Shown: piece by piece, positions 35,853-43,979 of the stretch
Layout of the letters: each line of letters begins with the position of its first letter
Position numbering within the stretch: position 1 is the first letter of the stretch
Source: Burkholderiales bacterium
GTDB taxonomy: Bacteria; Pseudomonadota; Gammaproteobacteria; Burkholderiales; SG8-39
Reading direction: 5' to 3'
Assembly: GCA_036394655.1 (NCBI GenBank)
Contig: DASWER010000428.1
Span: 1 to 46,602 of the forward strand
Length of the DNA: 46,602 nucleotides
Made by a program: the position numbers and the translations under genes
The notes under the pieces: model-generated
Told to the model about the DNA's origin: nothing
Database searches by the model: none
The model's input: only the letters and a program-made list of their open reading frames with translations

Positions 35853-37089
35853 GAAAGGAGAACTCCACTTCCGGCCGCTGCCCCGACATCAGCGCGCAAA
35901 GCGCCTTGGCCGAGCCACACGCCAGCGTCCAGCCGAGCGTGCCATGCCCGGTATTCAGGAACAGGTTGGAGAAGCGCGTGCGGCCGATCACCGGCACATT
36001 GCTCGGCGTCGCCGGGCGCAGTCCGGCCCACCGGTCGACCGAGCTGGTCGCCCCGAGCTGCGGAAATAGCTGCCCGACGCGGCGCAGGATCGCATTGCAG
36101 CGCACGATGTTCACCGAGGTGTCATAGCCGGTGAGTTCCGCCGTGCCGGCGGCACGCAGCCGGTTGCCAAGCCGCGTGATGACAATCTTGAACGCCTCGT
36201 CGGTCAGGCTCACGCTCGGCGCCGCCATGGCCTCCGTGGATCCGAGCGGCAGCGTGATCGAATAGCCCTTTAGCGGATAGACCGGAATCCGGATGCCCAG
36301 CTTGCGCAGCAGCAGCGGGCTATAGCTGCCGAGCGCCACCACATAGGCATCGGCCCGGAGCGGTCCACTCGCGAGGCGCACTGCTTCCACAGCACCGCCG
36401 CGAGCCTCGAGCTGCTCGATGGTCTCGCCAATGAGGAAGCGCACGCCGCTGCCGGCCGCACGCCGCGCGAGCTCCACGGTGAACTTGTACGCGTCGCCCG
36501 ATTCGTCCGCAGCGCTGTAGACGCCGCCGAGCACGCGTTCCTCGGAATATTGCAGCGCCGGCTCGAGCGCTGCGCATTCGGCTGCAGTCTTCAGCTCGCG
36601 CGCGAAGCCGAGCGCGCGCATCTCCTCGGCGTGGCGCGTCAACGCCTCGAGGTCCGGCTCCCGGGTCGCGAAGTGCAGAATGCCGCGCGCAAGCTCGTCA
36701 TAGCGGATGCCGGTCTCGCGTCGCAGCGCCCGCAGGCACTCGAGGCTGTAGGCAGCGAGGCCGGCAAGCGCCCGGCAATTGCGCTCGAAACGCCCGGGCC
36801 AGCACTCGGCGAGAAAGCCGAGACCCCACAGCCATTGCGCGCGGTCGGCCCGCGCGCGAAACAGCAGCGGCGCATCCTCGCGCCCGAGCCAGCGCAGGAT
36901 CTGCGGCACCACCGAGGGCTTCGCCCACGGTTGCGCGTGCGTGGCCGAGACCTGGCCGCCGTTCGCGAACGAAGTCTCGAGGCCCGGCGCTGCGCGCCGT
37001 TCGATCACGCTGACTTCATGACCGGCCTGCGAGAGGTACCAGGCCGTGGTGGTGCCGATGACACCAGCACCGAGGACGAGAATCTTCAC
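35842..37089 (-). CDS. dadA: FAD-dependent D-amino acid dehydrogenase-like oxidoreductase
   Basis: 415 aa starting (M)KILVLGAGVIGTTTAWYLSQAGHEVSVIER, a dinucleotide-binding fold with DadA-like layout. GTG start. Confidence 0.8.
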   Translation of the reverse strand: MKILVLGAGVIGTTTAWYLSQAGHEVSVIERRAAPGLETSFANGGQVSATHAQPWAKPSVVPQILRWLGREDAPLLFRARADRAQWLWGLGFLAECWPGRFERNCRALAGLAAYSLECLRALRRETGIRYDELARGILHFATREPDLEALTRHAEEMRALGFARELKTAAECAALEPALQYSEERVLGGVYSAADESGDAYKFTVELARRAAGSGVRFLIGETIEQLEARGGAVEAVRLASGPLRADAYVVALGSYSPLLLRKLGIRIPVYPLKGYSITLPLGSTEAMAAPSVSLTDEAFKIVITRLGNRLRAAGTAELTGYDTSVNIVRCNAILRRVGQLFPQLGATSSVDRWAGLRPATPSNVPVIGRTRFSNLFLNTGHGTLGWTLACGSAKALCALMSGQRPEVEFSFLAR

Positions 37090-37094
37090 TGCAT

Positions 37095-37100
37095 TATGAT
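37095..37100 (+). promoter_or_regulatory. Candidate -10 box (TATGAT) placed for a leaderless gamma-CA-like transcript
   Basis: TATGAT ends 6 nt before the A of ATG 37107. No SD fits in the 17-nt divergent spacer. Confidence 0.25.
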
Positions 37101-37106
37101 AGCCGC

Positions 37107-37634
37107 ATGCCTCTCTTTTCCCTGGGCGAGCGCCGCGTCGAACTGGTCGGCGAGCATCACTACATTGCGTACGACGCGACGCTCGTCGGCTCGATCACGC
37201 TGCACGCCGAGGCCAATATCTGGTTCAAGGTGGTGATCCGCGCCGAGAACGATCGCATCACCATCGGCGAAGGCAGCAACGTGCAGGATGGCTCGGTGCT
37301 GCACGTCGATCCCGGCTATCCGATGACGCTCGGCCGCCGGGTGAGCATCGGACACAAGGTGATGCTGCATGGCTGCACCATCGGCGAGGGCACGCTGGTC
37401 GGCATCAACAGCGTGGTGCTGAACGGCGCGAAGATCGGCAAGGGTGTGCTGATCGGCGCCAACAGCCTGATCACCGAAGGCAAGGAGATCCCCGACGGCG
37501 TGCTCGTGGTCGGCTCTCCGGGGAAGATCGTGCGCGAGCTCAAGCCGGAGGAGCGGCAAAACCTCCTCGGCATCGCCTCCGGCTATGTGGAGCGCTCCCG
37601 CCTTTATCAGCGGGAGATGAAGCCGATTACTTAG
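37107..37634 (+). CDS. Gamma-carbonic-anhydrase-like hexapeptide-repeat protein (YrdA/PaaY/CaiE family)
   Basis: 175 aa with left-handed beta-helix repeats, conserved His positions ([14 protein letters not shown]) and a C-terminal helix. Confidence 0.85.
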   Translation: MPLFSLGERRVELVGEHHYIAYDATLVGSITLHAEANIWFKVVIRAENDRITIGEGSNVQDGSVLHVDPGYPMTLGRRVSIGHKVMLHGCTIGEGTLVGINSVVLNGAKIGKGVLIGANSLITEGKEIPDGVLVVGSPGKIVRELKPEERQNLLGIASGYVERSRLYQREMKPIT

Positions 37635-38388
37635 GCGCCATCCGGATCGCGCCGTCGAGGCGGATGGTCTCGCCGTTCAGCATCTCGATCTCGACGATCG
37701 CCTTCACCAGCTGCGCATACTCGGCCGGGCGGCCCAGGCGCGAGGGAAACGGCACCTGCTTGCCGAGCGAGTCCTGCGCATCCTTCGGCAGGCCCATCAG
37801 CATCGGCGTCTCGAAGACTCCCGGCGCGATGGTGCACACGCGGATGCCGTTGCGCGACAGATCGCGCGCGATCGGCAGGGTCATGCCGACCACGCCGCTC
37901 TTGGACGCGGCATAGGCCGCCTGCCCGATCTGGCCGTCGTATGCCGCGACCGACGCGGTGTTGACGATGACGCCGCGCTCGCCGGCTGCATTGGGCCCCG
38001 CCTTCGCCATCGCATCGGCCGCCAGGCGAATCATGTTGAAGGTGCCGATCACATTGACCTTCAGCACGCGCTCGAAGCGGCCGAGATCATGCGGCGCTTC
38101 CTTGCCGATGGTGCGCTCTGCGATCGCGATGCCGGCGCAGTTCACCAGCACGTGCAGCCCGCCGAACTCTTTCAGCGCCAGCGCGACCGCCGCTTTGCCA
38201 TCGGCCTCCGACGCCACGTCAGCCTTGGCAAAGCGCCCGCCGAGCTCGCGCGCGAGCTTCTCGCCGGCCTCCGCCTGCATGTCGACGATCACGACCTTGC
38301 CGCCGTTCTCGGCGGCCATGCGCGCAGTGGCGGCGCCGAGACCCGATGCGCCACCGGTGATGAGGAAGACGCTGTTCTTGATCTGCAT
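37627..38388 (-). CDS. Short-chain dehydrogenase, 3-hydroxyacyl-CoA dehydrogenase type-2-like
   Basis: Last 253 aa of ORF 37627..39348, with [12 protein letters not shown] and YAASK (Y-x3-K). ATG at 38388. Confidence 0.85.
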   Translation of the reverse strand: MQIKNSVFLITGGASGLGAATARMAAENGGKVVIVDMQAEAGEKLARELGGRFAKADVASEADGKAAVALALKEFGGLHVLVNCAGIAIAERTIGKEAPHDLGRFERVLKVNVIGTFNMIRLAADAMAKAGPNAAGERGVIVNTASVAAYDGQIGQAAYAASKSGVVGMTLPIARDLSRNGIRVCTIAPGVFETPMLMGLPKDAQDSLGKQVPFPSRLGRPAEYAQLVKAIVEIEMLNGETIRLDGAIRMAPK

Positions 38389-38448
38389 CGGCTGCTCCCG
38401 GGGGGAATAAGGTAATGCCGGAAAAAATTCGACGATAATTCTAACCTC

Positions 38449-41400
38449 ATGCAGCTTGGCTTCGGCATTGCCTTTCCCGACTTGTACGAGCGCGCCGGCC
38501 TGATCCGGCTCGATCGCGCGTTCGTCGCTTTCCTTGCGCAGACCGATCGCGCGCTCGCCGACAAGCTGACCGCCGCTCGTGCAACTCCTCCCGCAGCCGC
38601 GGCCGAGTCGGAACTCCTGATCGCGCTCGCGCCGCACGTCGAAGATTTCATCGCCAAACTCTTTCGCATCGAAGCCGAAGCGCAGGCGCTCGCCGAGAAG
38701 CACAACGAGCTCGCGCCGCTCTATTCGGTGAAGCGCCAGTTCGTGCAGCGGCGCGCGCTGCACAAGGTCAAGCCCGCCGAGCTGCAGCAGTTCGATCCTG
38801 CAGAAGCTGGGTTCACTACCGAGCTCGACTTCGCGCGCAACGTGAGCCGCTGGCTGCAGGACGAGCCGGCGCATGCAAAAGAGCTCGAGCTCGCCGCGCG
38901 CTACGCCGCGTGGGCAGTCACGACACCCGCCGGCAAGGCAAGACATGCCGCGGGCGTGCTCTTCAAGGCGCCGCAGAAGCTCGACTTCATGCGCCTGGTT
39001 CCCGTACGCACGGAAACCGCGCGCGGCTTCGCCGAGCATCGTCTCGAGCATCTGCGCCATCGCGAAGGCTTCGCGCTCACCGATGCCGGTACCGATCTGG
39101 TCGGCGCGCTCGATGAGGCGAACTACTGCATCTGGTGCCACGAGCAGAACAAGGATTCCTGCGCCAAGGGCCTCAAGGAAAAGGCGCCCGCCGAGGGTTT
39201 CCGCAAGACGGTCTTCGGCGTGCCGCTCGCCGGCTGCCCGCTCGAAGAAAAGATCTCCGAATTCCACCTGGTCAAGGCGCGCGGCCAGCCGCTCGCCGCG
39301 CTCGGCATCATCGCCGTCGACAACCCGATGATGGCGGCCACCGGCCACCGCATCTGCAACGACTGCATGAAGTCCTGCATCTACCAGAAGCAGGACCCGG
39401 TCGACATCCCGCAGGCCGAGACGCGCACGCTGAAGGATGTGCTCGAGCTACCCTGGGGCTTCGAGATCTACTCGCTGCTCACCCGCTGGAATCCCTTCGA
39501 CCTGCGCCGGCCCTATCCGAAGGCGCCGAGCGGGCGTCGCGTGCTGATCGTCGGCCTGGGTCCTGCGGGCTTCACGCTCGCGCACCACCTGATGAACGAT
39601 GGCCACACGGTGGTCGGCATCGACGGGCTGAAGATCGAGCCGCTCGATCCCGCCATCTCGGGGGTCGATCCGCTCGGCCACCACGTCGCGTTTGCGCCGG
39701 TAAAAAATATTTCCCAGCTCCGAGAACCGCTCGACAGCCGGATCATGGCCGGCTTCGGTGGCGTGGCCGAGTACGGCATCACGGTGCGCTGGGACAAGAA
39801 CTTCCTGAAGATGATCCGTCTTCTGCTGGAAAGGCGCCGCCAGTTCGCCATGTTCGGCGGCGTGCGCTTCGGCGGCACGCTGACCATCGACGAGGCGTTC
39901 GCCGACGGCTTCGACCACATCGCACTGTGCGCGGGCGCGGGACGTCCGACGGTGCTCGACATTCCGAATGGCTTTGCACGCGGCGTGCGCGCGGCATCCG
40001 ACTTCCTGATGGCGCTGCAGCTCACCGGCGCCGCGAAACGCGAATCGATCGCCAACCTGCAGATCCGCCTGCCGGTCGTCGTGATCGGCGGCGGGCTTAC
40101 CGCGATCGACACCGCGACGGAGTCGCTGGCCTACTACGCGGTCCAGGTCGACAAGTTCCTCACCCGGTTCGAAGCGCTGGGCGAGGAGCCGGCGTCGTGG
40201 AACACCGAGGAACGCGCCATCGCGCAGGAATTCCTGGCGCACGCGCGCGCGCTGCGCGCGGCCCGGCCGGAGGAACGCCTGGCGCTGCTCAAGTCGTGGG
40301 GCGGCGCGACCATCGCCTATCGCCGCCGGCTGATCGACAGCCCCTCCTACACGCTGAACCACGAGGAGGTCGAGAAGGCGCTCGAAGAAGGCATCGTATT
40401 CGCCGAAGGCCTCACGCCCAGCCGCATCGAGGTCGACGGCTACGGCCATGCGCGCGCGGTCAACTTCGCCATCGAGGGCAAGGAGGTCGAGCTTCCGGCG
40501 CGCTCGGTGCTGATTGCCGCAGGGACTCAGCCCAACACCGTGCTCGCGCGCGAGGAGGGCGTGAGCCTCGCGCTCGACGGCAAATATTTCCTGGCCACCG
40601 ACGAGAGTGGCGCACCGGTAAGACCCGAGCGCCACACCGCCAAGCCGACGCAGCCGCAGGTACTGCTGCACCGTTATGCCGATGGGCGCTTCATGAGCTT
40701 CTTCGGCGACCTTCACCCCTCTTACTTCGGCAACGTGGTGAAGGCGATGGGCAGCGCGAAGCAAGGCTACCCCGTGGTGAGCCGCGTGCTGGCGCAGCGC
40801 TCGCCCGCGAGCGCGGATGACGATGCACGGTTCCTTTCTCGCCTCAACCGTGACCTGCGCGCCGTCGTCCATGAAGTGCGGCGCCTGACGCCACGCATCG
40901 TCGAGGTCGTGCTGCGCGCGCCCGTCGCCGCCCGGCGCTTCAATCCGGGGCAGTTCTACCGCATGCAGAACTTCGAAACGCTCGCCTTGCGCGTGCCGGG
41001 GACGACGCTGGCGATGGAAGGCCTGGCGCTCACCGGTGCGTGGGTGGACAAGGAGCGTGGCCTCATCTCGGTGATCGCGCTCGAGATGGGCGGCTCGGCC
41101 GACCTGCTCGCCTACCTGCGCCCCGGGGAGCCGGTCGTCCTGATGGGGCCGACCGGCACGCCCACCGAGATCCCCTCGGATGAGACCGTGGTGCTGGCCG
41201 GCGGCGGTCTCGGCAACGCAGTGCTCTTCTCCATCGGCCGCGCCTTGCGCGCGGCGGGCAGCAAAGTCATCTATTTTGCCGGCTACAAGGAGATGAGCGA
41301 TCGCTACCGCATCGACGACATCGAAGCCTCGTCCGATGTGGTGATCTGGTGCTGCGACGAGGCGCCGGGCTTCGCGCCGCGCCGGCCGCAGGACCGCGCT

Positions 41401-41841
41401 TTCGTCGGCAACATCGTTCAGGCAATGCAGGCGTATGCGAGCGGCGCGCTCGGTCCGCAGCCGATTCCCTTCGCCACCGCCGATCGCATCATCGCCATCG
41501 GCTCCGACCGCATGATGGCCGCGGTCGCCGCGGCGCGCCACAGTGCGCTCGCGCCTTTCCTTAAGAAGAACCATGTGGCGATCGGCTCGATCAACTCGCC
41601 GATGCAATGCATGATGAAAGAGATCTGCGCCCAGTGCCTGCAGCCGCACGTCGACCCCTTCACCGGCAAGACGAGCTACGTGTTCTCCTGCTTCAACCAG
41701 GACCAGCCGCTCGACCAGGTCGACTTCGGCGCCCTGGCGCAGCGCCTGGCGCAGAACGGCGTGCAGGAGAAGCTGACCGCGCTCTGGATCGGGCGCTGCC
41801 TGCGCGAGCTGCCGCCGCCGGCAGAGCGAAAGGCGGCTTGA
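38449..41841 (+). CDS. 1130-aa multidomain Fe-S flavoprotein: unknown N-domain + GltD/NfnB-like module + PyrK/NfnA-like module
   Basis: Cys motifs are C227-x2-C-x7-C...GC263PLEEKI and C303-x2-C-x3-C. Rossmann motifs are [11 protein letters not shown] and [12 protein letters not shown]. The C-terminal third has [16 protein letters not shown] and C1054-x5-C-x2-C-x17-C. No SD lies before the ATG. Confidence 0.8.
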   Translation: MQLGFGIAFPDLYERAGLIRLDRAFVAFLAQTDRALADKLTAARATPPAAAAESELLIALAPHVEDFIAKLFRIEAEAQALAEKHNELAPLYSVKRQFVQRRALHKVKPAELQQFDPAEAGFTTELDFARNVSRWLQDEPAHAKELELAARYAAWAVTTPAGKARHAAGVLFKAPQKLDFMRLVPVRTETARGFAEHRLEHLRHREGFALTDAGTDLVGALDEANYCIWCHEQNKDSCAKGLKEKAPAEGFRKTVFGVPLAGCPLEEKISEFHLVKARGQPLAALGIIAVDNPMMAATGHRICNDCMKSCIYQKQDPVDIPQAETRTLKDVLELPWGFEIYSLLTRWNPFDLRRPYPKAPSGRRVLIVGLGPAGFTLAHHLMNDGHTVVGIDGLKIEPLDPAISGVDPLGHHVAFAPVKNISQLREPLDSRIMAGFGGVAEYGITVRWDKNFLKMIRLLLERRRQFAMFGGVRFGGTLTIDEAFADGFDHIALCAGAGRPTVLDIPNGFARGVRAASDFLMALQLTGAAKRESIANLQIRLPVVVIGGGLTAIDTATESLAYYAVQVDKFLTRFEALGEEPASWNTEERAIAQEFLAHARALRAARPEERLALLKSWGGATIAYRRRLIDSPSYTLNHEEVEKALEEGIVFAEGLTPSRIEVDGYGHARAVNFAIEGKEVELPARSVLIAAGTQPNTVLAREEGVSLALDGKYFLATDESGAPVRPERHTAKPTQPQVLLHRYADGRFMSFFGDLHPSYFGNVVKAMGSAKQGYPVVSRVLAQRSPASADDDARFLSRLNRDLRAVVHEVRRLTPRIVEVVLRAPVAARRFNPGQFYRMQNFETLALRVPGTTLAMEGLALTGAWVDKERGLISVIALEMGGSADLLAYLRPGEPVVLMGPTGTPTEIPSDETVVLAGGGLGNAVLFSIGRALRAAGSKVIYFAGYKEMSDRYRIDDIEASSDVVIWCCDEAPGFAPRRPQDRAFVGNIVQAMQAYASGALGPQPIPFATADRIIAIGSDRMMAAVAAARHSALAPFLKKNHVAIGSINSPMQCMMKEICAQCLQPHVDPFTGKTSYVFSCFNQDQPLDQVDFGALAQRLAQNGVQEKLTALWIGRCLRELPPPAERKAA

Positions 41842-41865
41842 CGACCTATACAGATCTTATATAAG
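41838..41865 (+). promoter_or_regulatory. Candidate sigma70 promoter (TTGACG-16-TATAAG) for the RHH-pncA-ABC operon
   Basis: The -35 box TTGACG (41838..41843) overlaps the upstream stop codon. The -10 box TATAAG (41860..41865) ends 8 nt before ATG 41874, predicting a leaderless or near-leaderless mRNA. Confidence 0.45.
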
Positions 41866-41874
41866 ATTTGTATA
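41847..41874. repeat. 28-bp AT-rich imperfect palindrome (candidate operator)
   Basis: Sequence is TATACAGATCTTAT|ATAAGATTTGTATA, with 13 of 14 positions symmetric. It is the most AT-rich stretch I noticed in this window. Confidence 0.85.
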
Positions 41875-42077
41875 TGCCTAAGGTCAAGGCAAAGGTCAGT
41901 ACCTTCTCCGCGATGCCGCGCGACCTGGAGATGCTCGAGGTGGTGGCGCGCTACCACGGCCTCAACAAGAGCGCCACGCTGGTGAGCCTGGTGCGCAAGG
42001 AGTTCTGGCGCGCCTTTCCCGGCGGCACCGACAAGATCCGCCCCGACCGGGGCGCGAAAGTCGAAGGCGGGCGATGA
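41874..42077 (+). CDS. Small ribbon-helix-helix (CopG/Arc/MetJ-like) protein
   Basis: 67 aa from ATG 41874 (the track starts 2 codons earlier at TTG 41868). KVSTFSAMPRDLEMLEVVARYHGLNKSATLVSLVRKEF fits a beta-strand, helix, G-x-N/S turn, helix pattern. ATGA overlap with the next gene. Confidence 0.6.
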   Translation: MPKVKAKVSTFSAMPRDLEMLEVVARYHGLNKSATLVSLVRKEFWRAFPGGTDKIRPDRGAKVEGGR

Positions 42078-42784
42078 ACCGGCGAGCCCTTATCGGTTTG
42101 TCGGCCGGCTTCATCGCCTTGTCCCTGACGGGTATGCGCGCTTGGGGAGCGTCGAAGCTCGGCTTGCGCGGCAGCGATGTCTTCGTCGTGGTCGACGTGC
42201 AGAATTGTTTTGTGCCCGGCGGCTCGCTCGCGGTCAAGGGAGGCGACGAGATCGTCCCTCTCGTGAACCGCCTCGCCAAAAGCTTCGAGCACGTGGTGCT
42301 TACGCAGGACTGGCACACGCCCGACCACGTTTCCTTCGCCTCGCAACACCCCGGCAAAAAACCGTTCGACACCATCGAGCTGCCCTACGGCACGCAGGTG
42401 CTATGGCCCGACCACTGCGTACAGGGCACAGAAGGCGCGATGCTCCACAAAGGGCTGGATATTCCGCATGCCGAGTTGATCATCCGCAAGGGCAACCGGC
42501 GCGAGGTCGACAGCTATTCGGCGTTCGTTGAAGCGGATAAGAAAACCCCGACCGGTCTCGGTGGCTATCTCAAGCAGCGCGGCCTGAAGCGCGTTTTCTT
42601 TGCCGGCCTCGCGACCGACTTTTGCGTTGCGTGGAGCGCGCTGGACGCGCGCCCCCAGGGGTTCGAGGCACTGGTCATCGAGGACGCCTGCCGCGGCATC
42701 GACACCCAAGGCTCGCTCACCAAGGCGTGGGCGGCGATGAATACCGCCGGCGTCAAACGCATTCAATCGTCCGATCTCATCTAG
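42074..42784 (+). CDS. pncA: Nicotinamidase/pyrazinamidase (isochorismatase fold) with N-terminal twin-arginine-type signal peptide
   Basis: 236 aa with VVVDVQNCF (Asp), QDWHTPDH (metal site), IIRKG...VDSYSAF and GLATDFCVAWSA (Cys nucleophile). The N-terminus is MNRRALIGLSAGFIALSLTGMRAWGA. Confidence 0.85.
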   Translation: MNRRALIGLSAGFIALSLTGMRAWGASKLGLRGSDVFVVVDVQNCFVPGGSLAVKGGDEIVPLVNRLAKSFEHVVLTQDWHTPDHVSFASQHPGKKPFDTIELPYGTQVLWPDHCVQGTEGAMLHKGLDIPHAELIIRKGNRREVDSYSAFVEADKKTPTGLGGYLKQRGLKRVFFAGLATDFCVAWSALDARPQGFEALVIEDACRGIDTQGSLTKAWAAMNTAGVKRIQSSDLI

Positions 42785-42791
42785 GAACGTC

Positions 42792-43979
42792 ATGAAGCTC
42801 GTCAGGATCATCGGCATCATCGCTGGGGGGATTGCCGCGTGCGGCGCACAGGCGCAGACCATCAAGGTCGGCGAGCTGAACAGCTACAAGGTGTTCCCCG
42901 CCTTCCTCGAGCCGTACAAGAAGGGCTGGGAGCTCGCGCTCGAGGAGATCAATGCCAAGGGCGGCGTGCTCGGCCGCAAGCTCGAGGTGGTATCGCGCGA
43001 CGACGGAGGCACACCGGGTGACGCGGTTCGCGTCGCAGAAGAACTCATCTCCAGGGAAAAAGCCAATGTCCTCATGGGGACGTTCGCGTCGAACGTCGGC
43101 CTGGCGGTGGCCAACCTCGCGCAGCAGCGCAAGATCGTGTTCCTCGCCGCCGAGCCGCTCACCGACAAGATCGTCTGGGAGAACGGCAATCGCTACACTT
43201 TCCGCCTGCGCCCCTCGACGTATATGCAGGTGGCGATGCTGGTGCCCGAGGCGGCGAAGCTGAAGAAGAAGCGCTGGGCCATCGTGTATCCCAATTATGA
43301 ATACGGGCAGTCGGCCACCGAATCGTTCAAGAAGCTACTGAAAGCGGCGCAGCCCGATGTGGAGTTCGTGACCGAGCAGGCGCCGCCGCTCGGGAAAATA
43401 GACGCCGGCGCGGTCGTGCAGGCGCTCGCGGATGCGAAGCCCGATGCGATCTTCAGCTCGCTGTTCGCGGCGGACCTGCAGAAGTTCGTGCGCGAAGGCA
43501 ATACGCGCGGTCTCTTTGCCGACCGGCCGGTGGTGAACCTGCTGGCCGGCGAGCCGGAATATCTCGATACGCTGAAAGATGAGACGCCCGAGGGCTGGTG
43601 GGTGACCGGTTATCCATGGAGCGAGATCCAGACGCCGGAGCACCAGCGCTTCCTCGGCGCATATCAGAAGCGCTGGAACGACTATCCACGCCTCGGCTCG
43701 CTCGTCGGCTATACCGCGCTCTACGCCATCGCCGAAGGCCTGCGCAAGGCCGGCTCGGCCGATCCGGAGAAGCTCTCGGCGGCGCTGCGCGGCCTGCAGA
43801 TGGAAAGCCCTCTGGGCCGCATCACCTGGCGCGCGATCGATCACCAGTCGACGATGGGCGCCTACGTCGGCCAGCTCGCCAGGAAAGACGGGCGCGGCGT
43901 CATGGTGAACTGGCGCTACGCCGACGGCGCCAAGTTCCAGCCGCCCGACTCGGAGATACGTAAGCTCCGCAAGGATTGA
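42792..43979 (+). CDS. Liv-type (PBP type I) ABC transporter substrate-binding protein, ligand unknown
   Basis: 395 aa with signal peptide MKLVRIIGIIAGGIAACGAQA|QT. WELALEEINAKGGVLGRKLEVVSRDDGG is typical of the LivJ/AmiC family. Confidence 0.85.
   Translation: MKLVRIIGIIAGGIAACGAQAQTIKVGELNSYKVFPAFLEPYKKGWELALEEINAKGGVLGRKLEVVSRDDGGTPGDAVRVAEELISREKANVLMGTFASNVGLAVANLAQQRKIVFLAAEPLTDKIVWENGNRYTFRLRPSTYMQVAMLVPEAAKLKKKRWAIVYPNYEYGQSATESFKKLLKAAQPDVEFVTEQAPPLGKIDAGAVVQALADAKPDAIFSSLFAADLQKFVREGNTRGLFADRPVVNLLAGEPEYLDTLKDETPEGWWVTGYPWSEIQTPEHQRFLGAYQKRWNDYPRLGSLVGYTALYAIAEGLRKAGSADPEKLSAALRGLQMESPLGRITWRAIDHQSTMGAYVGQLARKDGRGVMVNWRYADGAKFQPPDSEIRKLRKD

Noticed and set aside
38389-39348. N-terminal 320 aa of ORF 37627..39348 (573 aa)
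   Set aside because: Only the last 253 aa form a complete SDR starting with [18 protein letters not shown]. The extension is antisense to the 38449 gene and is R/G/E-rich noise.
39448-41649. 733-aa minus-strand ORF antisense to the 1130-aa oxidoreductase
   Set aside because: Composition and lack of motifs indicate a GC3-driven open antisense frame. The sense frame carries coherent Fe-S, Rossmann and FNR-like motifs.
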